This document shows positions 11,041 through 17,991 of a stretch of 39,867 nucleotides of DNA, piece after piece. The translations under genes and the position numbers were made by a program. The stretch's first letter is position 1. Every line of letters starts with the position of its first letter. Source of the DNA: an uncultured bacterium (GTDB lineage Bacteria > CSSED10-310 > CAZUFC01); NCBI GenBank assembly GCA_964619725.1, contig CAZUFC010000081.1:1-39867 (forward strand), in the 5' to 3' direction. The notes under the pieces are model-generated. The model saw only the letters and a program-made list of their open reading frames with translations, made no database searches and was not told the origin of the DNA.

Positions 11041-11097
11041 TAATGACTGTCCGCAAACTCGAATCTCGATTCAAAATTTAATGCAGGACAGTCACTG
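11041..11097 (-). repeat. 57-bp MITE/REP-like element, copy 1 (inverted relative to 15744-15800)
   Basis: Ends TAATGACTGTCC...GGACAGTCACTG are inverted repeats. The reverse complement aligns without gaps to 15744-15800. Confidence 0.8.
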
Positions 11098-11100
11098 CGG

Positions 11101-11240
11101 TTTTTGATCCATAAACGAACGAATTTTCCTTAAGGCAAGGAAGGCAAGCATTTGCAAAGGAGTCGTATTTATTGTACGTTGACTGAGCAAATCCGCAGCC
11201 TGACGGAGCATTGGGGGAAATTCGCTGTTATGGACAAAAA
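11101..11240. repeat. ~140-bp nested imperfect palindrome (REP-like element or structured leader)
   Basis: TTTTTGATCCATAA..CGAATTTTCC pairs with GGAAATTCG..TTATGGACAAAAA. Inner stems are ATTTGC/GCAAAT, AGTC/GACT and CGTA/TACG. Confidence 0.55.
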
Positions 11241-11266
11241 CTTGATAAGGAGGAAGGAAGGTCAAA

Positions 11267-12076
11267 ATGGAATGGTTTAAAACGCTGAATCCCGTCTTAC
11301 AGGCTTTTTTAGCGACTTGTTTCACCTGGTTTTTAACCGCTCTGGGAGCGGCTGCGGTTTTTTTGTTCAAGTCGATCAACCGCAAACTGCTGGACAGCAT
11401 GCTGGGATTTGCGGCAGGTGTTATGATAGCCGCCAGTTTCTGGTCGTTGCTGGCGCCGGCGATTGAGATGGCTGAATCCCAGGGCATTCCACCCTGGCTG
11501 CCCGCCGTAGTGGGTTTTCTGCTGGGCGGAGTTTTTCTGTGGGTGATTGATAAAATATTGCCTCATTTGCATCTGGGATTCCCCCGAGAGGAGGCTGAAG
11601 GGATTGAAACGAGCTGGCACAGGAGTATCCTCTTGGTTCTGGCCATCACGCTGCATAACATCCCGGAGGGTTTGGCCGTGGGGGTAGCGTTTGGAGCTCT
11701 TGGCGCGGATTTGCCTGCAGCATCTTTCGGCGCCGCGGTCGCTCTGGCGCTCGGTATAGGCATCCAGAACTTTCCGGAGGGTACAGCCGTCTCGGTCCCC
11801 TTGCGCAGAGAAGGGTTTTCCCGTCTGAAAAGCTTCTTTTTCGGGCAGTTATCAGGAATAGTAGAACCTCTCGCCGGCGTTGTCGGCGCGGCTGCAGTCA
11901 TTATGGTGAAACCCATCCTTCCTTATGCCCTCGCCTTCGCCGCCGGCGCCATGATCTATGTCGTCGTCGAAGAACTCATCCCCGAATCGCAGCTTCGGAA
12001 AAACACAGATGCCGCCACTATGGGCGCTATGTCTGGTTTCGCCGTCATGATGACGCTCGACGTCGCCCTGGGTTGA
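11267..12076 (+). CDS. ZIP family (ZupT/GufA-like) divalent metal transporter
   Basis: Motifs [43 protein letters not shown] and [18 protein letters not shown], with an AGGAGG RBS. Confidence 0.95.
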   Translation: MEWFKTLNPVLQAFLATCFTWFLTALGAAAVFLFKSINRKLLDSMLGFAAGVMIAASFWSLLAPAIEMAESQGIPPWLPAVVGFLLGGVFLWVIDKILPHLHLGFPREEAEGIETSWHRSILLVLAITLHNIPEGLAVGVAFGALGADLPAASFGAAVALALGIGIQNFPEGTAVSVPLRREGFSRLKSFFFGQLSGIVEPLAGVVGAAAVIMVKPILPYALAFAAGAMIYVVVEELIPESQLRKNTDAATMGAMSGFAVMMTLDVALG

Positions 12077-12166
12077 ACATCATACGAAAAAAGTTTCCCG
12101 ATGCTTACAGGAAAATAAAAAAACTCCGAACAACCTGCATCCCAACTCAACTGTGAAATAAATCTA

Positions 12167-12196
12167 TTGACATTGGGATTGCTTTATGCCGATAAT
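12167..12196 (+). promoter_or_regulatory. sigma70-type promoter for the XRE gene
   Basis: TTGACA (12167-12172), 18-bp spacer, GATAAT (12191-12196). Confidence 0.55.
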
Positions 12197-12204
12197 AAAA
12201 AAAG

Positions 12205-12228
12205 AAAGTCTGATAAGCGATAGACTTT
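12205..12228. promoter_or_regulatory. Candidate operator (inverted repeat AAAGTCT-N10-AGACTTT)
   Basis: Perfect 7-bp inverted repeat just downstream of the predicted -10 of an HTH regulator gene. Confidence 0.4.
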
Positions 12229-12292
12229 TCGATTCGCTTTACATGTATCGTTTGATTGTTCATTTTATCATCGTGACAGGAGGGGACTTGTT

Positions 12293-13291
12293 TTGAGAAA
12301 AAACGACAGAAGGAAGAAAAAGTTCAAAACGATAGTGGGCGCCAACATTGATCGTTTGCTCCGGGAAAAAGGCATGACGCGAAAGAACCTGGCGGAGAGA
12401 GCGGGATACAGTCAGAACACGATATCGAACATAATACGGGGCAACACGCAATATACGGAGCGAAATTTAGACCGGATATGCGAAGTTCTGGGCGTCAAGC
12501 ATCAGGATTTGTTTGTGCCGTTGCCGACGGAGAAGGTGCGTGACATGGAGAGCAGCATGCTCAACATATTTCGTTCATCGACCAAGCCGGTACAGGATGC
12601 AATAGTGTCCATAGCGCGAACCGTTTCGGATTTTTACAAGATTCAGAATTATCCGGAAGACATAGGATTGGTAGTATTGGAAGGAATTGACCGTCATAGG
12701 ATAAGGGAGCAGTTGGAAATATTTGAGTCCCGGTATAAGGGAATAGATGTAAGTCCATTGGAGATAAAGGATGATTCCTCATTGGCCAATGCCGTCAGGG
12801 AGTATTTTTTCCAGGAGATGTTGCATTTGCGGGAAAAGACTTCAGAGCGGAGGATGCTGCGAGACCTTATTTTCGGAGCGTTGAGATTATACCGTTATGC
12901 GAAGGACATTAACAAGGGAATAAGGAAGGGCAATACGGTGATTGCGGCATATTTTACGATGGCGGGTCATGCATTTGCGAGTTCTGAGGATTTGCTGCTT
13001 CATTACATACGGACTTATGAGCAGCTTTTACCGAGGCCGAAGGTAACATTTGTTTTGGACGTAAAGCCTTCTGAATTATCTGAGGGGACAGGGGGCGATG
13101 CTGAAACGAGGCCGTTCGATGAAGATTATTTAAAGGATGTCAGGAATCGATATCTCGACAAGGCCAAAGAGATGAGAAGAGCTGGAGAGAACGTTATAGA
13201 GCTGAGGGGAACTGAAAAGCCGGAAGTTATTCACGAAAGGATGGTTGAGGAGTTAAAGAAGGCGGACATCCCGCTCCAACCGAAGGCCTGA
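12293..13291 (+). CDS. XRE/Cro-CI HTH regulator fused to a degenerate thymidylate-kinase-like domain
   Basis: N-terminal VGANIDRLLREKGMTRKNLAERAGYSQNTISNIIRG..LDRICEVLGV is a typical HTH_3. C-terminal VVLEGID, GNTVIAAY, PKVTFVLDV.P and YLKDVRNRYL follow dTMP kinase motif order. TTG start with AGGAGGGG RBS. Confidence 0.8.
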   Translation: MRKNDRRKKKFKTIVGANIDRLLREKGMTRKNLAERAGYSQNTISNIIRGNTQYTERNLDRICEVLGVKHQDLFVPLPTEKVRDMESSMLNIFRSSTKPVQDAIVSIARTVSDFYKIQNYPEDIGLVVLEGIDRHRIREQLEIFESRYKGIDVSPLEIKDDSSLANAVREYFFQEMLHLREKTSERRMLRDLIFGALRLYRYAKDINKGIRKGNTVIAAYFTMAGHAFASSEDLLLHYIRTYEQLLPRPKVTFVLDVKPSELSEGTGGDAETRPFDEDYLKDVRNRYLDKAKEMRRAGENVIELRGTEKPEVIHERMVEELKKADIPLQPKA

Positions 13292-13328
13292 GGAAATCGT
13301 AAGGTGAGAATCAACAGGTCCGGTGATA

Positions 13329-15377
13329 TTAATCTTCAGTGAGGTTTTGTTTTTTACGATAGTCATCGAGTTTGGATTTCATATTTTCAAGGAGCCTGGG
13401 GTCTGATTTCGATTGAGCTGCATTGAGGCCGGTCTGCAATATATCAGCGGCTTTTTGAAAATTTCCGGCTGCAGCATAAGCTGCAGCCAAAGTATCGAGG
13501 CAGGAGATATTCCGGTAACCGGTCAATCCGCAGCTTTTTTCAGCGAGCCTTATGGCTTCTGGGACGTTCCGCAGGCTGGCGTTTTCTGATGTAGCTGCAA
13601 TCCAGGCCAGATTATTCAGGGCTTCGATATGATCGGGATCGAGCCGCAGAGTTTCCCGATAATGACGGGCGGCCTGTTTTTTCCGATTCATTTGTGAGAG
13701 GGAGCGGGCGATATTGACGTGGGCTTCCAATGAATCAGGATTTGAATCGAGGGCTTTTCGGAAATGGGCGACGGCAGTTTCATGTTCGTTTTGTTTTGCG
13801 AAGCAGAAACCCAGGTTATTATGAGCGAGGGAATTTTCGGGTTCCAGTTTGAGAGCGTATTGATAACATTCGATCGCCTGTTCGGTTTTTCTTTGCCTCA
13901 GTAGAGCGTTTCCCAGGTTGATAAATGAATTCACGTTGCCGGGGCGCAGTTTGATGTCGATGCTCAGGTATTTTTGAGCTTCTTCGAGTCTGCCGAGGCG
14001 CGACAGCAGGCTGCCCAGTTGGAAATTGGTATCCCCGTGGTCGGGTTTGATCCGGACGACTTTTTTATAATGTTCGACCGCCTGTTCGATTTGACCGAGT
14101 TTTTCAAGTTCTGCGGCGACGTTGTAATGGGCGATATATGAGGCCGGCCTGTATTTCAGAGCATGCTGGAAGAGGGTGAGTTTATTTTCATACGTGGAAG
14201 CCTGTTGATAGGATAAGTAACCCAGAATTAAAATGAGGACGGATAGTGAGATAAAGCTGATTTTTTTGACGGGAAGGGAGGCGCGTTCATAGAAGCTGTG
14301 AAAAAGGCAGGAAAACAGAACGATAGGACCGGCGCTCGCCAGGTATTGAAACCTGTCTGCCGCAAAAGAGTATCTCATATATCCGAACTCGATGAAACCC
14401 AGCACGGGAGCGAGATTGATTCCGAAGAAAAGGAAGGCGGCTGAAGGGCCTTTTCCGGTTTTACGAGAACTTATGAAAAGGGCGAGATAAAGCGCTATAG
14501 CGGCCAGCGGGAACAGAAACTGATGCAATTTCTCAGGATTGATCGTCCAATGCGGATAGACCGCTCTGATTTTCGCAGGCCATACCAATTTGGATAAATA
14601 GAACCAGAAAGCCTTGCCCGCAATTATGAATTTTTCCGGCATGGAATAGGAGAAATGCAGCGGTTCGGCCTGCCCGGCGAGTCTAATGTCAAAGAAAGCG
14701 TACATGATCGCTGCAGAGAAAAAGGGAAGGAGATGCCCGAAACGTTTTAGCGTTAATTTTTTATTCAACAGCCAAAGCCAGATGAGCAAAGCAGCCGGAA
14801 AAGCGACCGATACCGATTTGGATAATAACGCCGGGACGAAAAGCAGAAATGAAATGAAATAATCGATCCTTTTTTGATTTTGCGTGAATCTGTGAAATTT
14901 ATAAAATGCGCCGATATAAAAAATAAAAGAAAGCAGGTCCTTTCGTTCGACGATCCAGGCTGTGGACGCGACATGAACCGGATGCACGGCGAACAAAGCG
15001 GCGGCGACCCAGGCCCCTTTTATTTTCAATCGTCTCAGAACGTAAAACAGCAGAAGACAGTTTGCCGCATGAAGGAGAATATTGACGGCGTGATATCCGA
15101 AAGGCTCTGTCCCCCATAACTGATGCTCTATCCAGAACGTCGTATGTACGACCGGCCAGTAATGCACTTCGTAGGGGACCAGAGTGGAAGGAGCGAGCCA
15201 TATCCTTTTTAAGCCATCCAGGTCATGAAGCGCCGGGTTCTCGTAAACCGCTTTATCGTCCCAGACGTAACCGGCCTGAAAAGCAGGCAAATAACTTGCC
15301 GCAACGAGCAAGACAAGCGATGCAATGAGGAGAGTCTGCTTTCTGCGGAAAAAATTCTGTTTAACCTCTTTTTTCAC
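13329..15377 (-). CDS. TMTC-like GT-C membrane glycosyltransferase with C-terminal TPR repeats
   Basis: YVWDD, YHAVNILLHAAN, LFAVHPVH..AWIVERKD, LLSK and ADRFQYL motifs, multiple TM helices, and ~6-7 TPRs (AHNNLG, NLGNALL, ALNNLAWI). GTG start. Confidence 0.88.
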   Translation of the reverse strand: MKKEVKQNFFRRKQTLLIASLVLLVAASYLPAFQAGYVWDDKAVYENPALHDLDGLKRIWLAPSTLVPYEVHYWPVVHTTFWIEHQLWGTEPFGYHAVNILLHAANCLLLFYVLRRLKIKGAWVAAALFAVHPVHVASTAWIVERKDLLSFIFYIGAFYKFHRFTQNQKRIDYFISFLLFVPALLSKSVSVAFPAALLIWLWLLNKKLTLKRFGHLLPFFSAAIMYAFFDIRLAGQAEPLHFSYSMPEKFIIAGKAFWFYLSKLVWPAKIRAVYPHWTINPEKLHQFLFPLAAIALYLALFISSRKTGKGPSAAFLFFGINLAPVLGFIEFGYMRYSFAADRFQYLASAGPIVLFSCLFHSFYERASLPVKKISFISLSVLILILGYLSYQQASTYENKLTLFQHALKYRPASYIAHYNVAAELEKLGQIEQAVEHYKKVVRIKPDHGDTNFQLGSLLSRLGRLEEAQKYLSIDIKLRPGNVNSFINLGNALLRQRKTEQAIECYQYALKLEPENSLAHNNLGFCFAKQNEHETAVAHFRKALDSNPDSLEAHVNIARSLSQMNRKKQAARHYRETLRLDPDHIEALNNLAWIAATSENASLRNVPEAIRLAEKSCGLTGYRNISCLDTLAAAYAAAGNFQKAADILQTGLNAAQSKSDPRLLENMKSKLDDYRKKQNLTED

Positions 15378-15743
15378 TATTGATCCGGTATCCCTATTTT
15401 GAGATCAAAATTTTAACGCCGTTGAACCTGGTAGACTTTGAAAATCGATATGGTTAGTATGAATTTTGTTTCCGTAACAACAGAAACAACCCACGGATAC
15501 GCTGATGTCGATGCTTTGCCGCAGGCGGTTCCCACGCCATAAGCATATATTCTCCCTTTGTTAGTGTAGATTCCGATCAGTAAATTTTTCTGTAGGCGCA
15601 TGTTTAAACCCGTTTGATCAGACCCTCTCTTTCATCAATTCGGACCAGGAAAATTAACCCGTCCCGCAATTTCAATTGTACATATTATGTATTTAATGCC
15701 AAGCCAGGGTCGGTGTTTAAATTCACATCTTCCTGACGTTATC

Positions 15744-15800
15744 TAGTGACTGTCCAGCATTAAATTTTGAATCGACAATCGAGTTTATGGACAGGCACTA
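15744..15800 (+). repeat. 57-bp MITE/REP-like element, copy 2
   Basis: TAGTGACTGTCC...GGACAGGCACTA terminal inverted repeats. Homologous to 11041-11097. Confidence 0.8.
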
Positions 15801-15881
15801 ATAAAAAATGGTGAAATGTTTTTTCCTTCTGCATTGAAGCTTTTACCGCATACCAGGCAATATCGCTTTATTAACCGAACC

Positions 15882-16081
15882 CAAAGCGCCCGACTCAGAG
15901 GTGAGCTGAAGCAATCCATTCACATTTCGATGATTCAATACTTTGCGAGGGGGTCAGAGCCCTTCGCAAACCATTGCTCCACAAGGTTAGCCCCCCGGAA
16001 GCGTTTGTCCTGTATGATCGAAGTTTGACGGCTGGAGAGCTAGAGAGTGGCTCCAAAACTGGGCCGCCCCGGACGGCTTTG
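15882..16081 (-). ncRNA. Candidate ~200-nt structured RNA of unknown family
   Basis: GC-rich island whose ends pair (CAAAGCCGTCCG / CGGGCGCTTTG on the minus strand) and enclose several hairpins. Several mismatches become G-U pairs on the minus strand. Confidence 0.45.
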
Positions 16082-16088
16082 TCCCTTT

Positions 16089-16265
16089 GGCATTGATCAA
16101 AATAGCGTCTTTTGAGGTGACAATTCGACAGAATATGCCATCATTTTGTTTCGACCCCGACCCCGACCCCGACCCCGATTTCGACCCCGATACCGATTCC
16201 GATAGCGGTTACTGAAACACACTTTCAGGTTTTTAAAGAAGTGCACCTCCCGTTTGATCAATCCC
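16089..16265 (+). mobile_element. ~170-bp MITE-like dispersed repeat, copy A (internal CCCGAC/CCCGAT hexamer tract)
   Basis: GGCATTGATCAAA...TTTGATCAATCCC imperfect terminal inverted repeats. Homologous to 29749-29915 and to the reverse of 37084-37250. Confidence 0.75.
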
Positions 16266-16439
16266 GCTGTTTTTATTTAGAGTTAAGGCGTGTGATCAGA
16301 TGGAAGCGGCCAATCGGTCCGGATGTTTAATGGTGTCGGAGGGAGCTTGACAATTTTCAACGTTTTCATCATATTTATTATGGACGGTAAAAGCTGGGGT
16401 TTATTTAGAAAATAAAACAAATGAATAAAGGAGAAAAAA

Positions 16440-17138
16440 ATGAATGAAACATACGCCGGAGCCGGGACGCAACCGGTAATCGCTCTAGGAGAAGACGTCA
16501 GGGCGACTTTCATCAGCAGGACCTATTTTCACCTTCTGATTTCGATCCTGGCCTTCGCCGGAATAGAGATTTACCTGTTCAAGGCAGGACTGGCCGTGCC
16601 GCTGGCGAAAAGCATGCTGAGCGTATCCTGGCTGCTTGTTCTGGGCGGCTTTATGATAGTCGGATGGCTGGCGAGCGGCATGGCTCATAAAGCCCGCTCC
16701 CTGAGCGCCCAATATGCGGCTTTGGCGATTTACATTGTTGCAGAAGCGATCATATTCGTTCCGCTTCTGGTTCTGGCCGAGGCTTATGCCGGAGGAGTCA
16801 TTCAAAGCGCTGCGACAGTCACCCTTCTCGGATTCGGAGGTTTGACGGCTGTCGCGTTTATTTCCCGAAAAGATTTTTCGTTCCTCGGTTCATTGTTAAA
16901 GTGGGGTTTCATTATGGCTCTCGTCCTGATCGCAGCCGCTCTGATTTTCGGTTTCGAACTGGGAACCTTCTTCTCCGTGGCTATGATAGCCCTGGCCGGA
17001 GGCGCCATTCTTTATAAAACATCCGCTGTCCTCCATCATTATCCGGAAGACCGCTACGTTGCCGCTTCTCTGGAACTGTTCGCCTCTGTCGCACTCATGT
17101 TCTGGTACGTGCTCCGTTTATTCATGTCCAGAGATTGA
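16440..17138 (+). CDS. Bax inhibitor-1/YccA family membrane protein
   Basis: RATFISRTY start, ~7 TM helices, RKDFSFLG and YPEDRYVAASLELFASVALMFWYVLRLF motifs, with an AAGGAG RBS. Confidence 0.9.
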   Translation: MNETYAGAGTQPVIALGEDVRATFISRTYFHLLISILAFAGIEIYLFKAGLAVPLAKSMLSVSWLLVLGGFMIVGWLASGMAHKARSLSAQYAALAIYIVAEAIIFVPLLVLAEAYAGGVIQSAATVTLLGFGGLTAVAFISRKDFSFLGSLLKWGFIMALVLIAAALIFGFELGTFFSVAMIALAGGAILYKTSAVLHHYPEDRYVAASLELFASVALMFWYVLRLFMSRD

Positions 17139-17240
17139 AAACACGTTGACGCTGCATTCGGCCGTTGAATTTTTCTGCAGGAATCACTTCGAAGTCGAAT
17201 AAAATCTGTTTACTTTATGGATGCTGAACTTCAGCCGTCC

Positions 17241-17534
17241 TCAAGTAATCCTGCCGTCATAGTGATCAGGGTCTCTATGCAGATGCGCTACAGCTGTTAT
17301 TAATATTTCATCTTCCTCTGCAATATAAAAAATTGCGTAGGGAAAGCTCTTAATAATGCAACGTCTAGTTCTTTCACCGATTTTCGGCCAGGCATCCGGC
17401 ATAAGGTTAATTCGATCAACTGCGTCACTGATTTCCTGGAAAAATCGAAAACCCAAACCGGGTAATTGATGGTCATAAAACTTTATCGCCTCATTCAATT
17501 CGATATCAGCAGGAGACAGGAGCTTTATTTTCAA
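17241..17534 (-). CDS. Type II toxin, RelE/ParE family
   Basis: A.IELNEAIKFYD....GLG.RF, RRCIIKSFPYAIFY and I.AVAHLHRDP.HY motifs. The TTG start overlaps the antitoxin stop (TTGA). Confidence 0.92.
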   Translation of the reverse strand: MKIKLLSPADIELNEAIKFYDHQLPGLGFRFFQEISDAVDRINLMPDAWPKIGERTRRCIIKSFPYAIFYIAEEDEILITAVAHLHRDPDHYDGRIT

Positions 17535-17746
17535 GACTCATACCTCTTTCTGACATCTTTCCATTCAACTGCCTTGAGTTCGCCTCTTTTATATGCTTCG
17601 TAACGAGCTTTGGATTCGGCTATCCAGCTCTTTTCAATATCTTTAGAAGGTCTGTCAAGACTGTAAAGAATCGCTTCAACGAGTCGAATTCTATCGACAG
17701 GCAGCAGAGAAACAGCCTTTTTTGCCAATTCTTCAACTGATTCCAT
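17531..17746 (-). CDS. Putative addiction module antitoxin (TIGR02574-like)
   Basis: L...DRIRLVEAILYSLD....IEKSWIAE...RYEAYKRGE.KAVEW pattern, directly upstream of the ParE-like toxin. Confidence 0.9.
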   Translation of the reverse strand: MESVEELAKKAVSLLPVDRIRLVEAILYSLDRPSKDIEKSWIAESKARYEAYKRGELKAVEWKDVRKRYES

Positions 17747-17954
17747 AAAAAATCTCCATATAGCGTTGAATTTAAGATACTCTTTGTTTTTTAAACCAAT
17801 TTGTTAATGAGTTCTTAAGGTCCTTATTCATTAAACTGAGCAGTTGCCCCTATGAGTTTTGTTATAAGATTTTTTTTTCATGATTCGTTTCACAATAAAG
17901 AATTATAAGAAAAGAATCGCTTTTTTTCTAGTTGAATTCTAATGAATGACAACT

Positions 17955-17991
17955 GAGAAACAGCCTTTTTTGCCGCTTCTTCAACTGATTC
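17955..17991. repeat. 37-bp direct repeat of the antitoxin 5' end (matches 17707-17743 at 35/37)
   Basis: GAGAAACAGCCTTTTTTGCC(GC/AA)TTCTTCAACTGATTC is present at both sites. Confidence 0.85.

Noticed and set aside
15413-15601. 62-aa ORF upstream of the TMTC-like gene
   Set aside because: No RBS or recognisable motif, and the start abuts a repeat fragment.
15884-15915. AGCGCCCGACT resembling the 5' end of the glmS ribozyme
   Set aside because: The conserved GACGAGG core is missing, there is no downstream glmS, and G-U pairing favours the opposite strand.
15816-16028. 70-aa plus-strand ORF
   Set aside because: No protein-like features, and it overlaps the structured RNA candidate that better explains the sequence.
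16151-16208. Tandem CCCGAC/CCCGAT repeats as a possible CRISPR array
   Set aside because: Hexamer microsatellite without unique spacers, part of the ~170-bp element, and no cas genes in the window.
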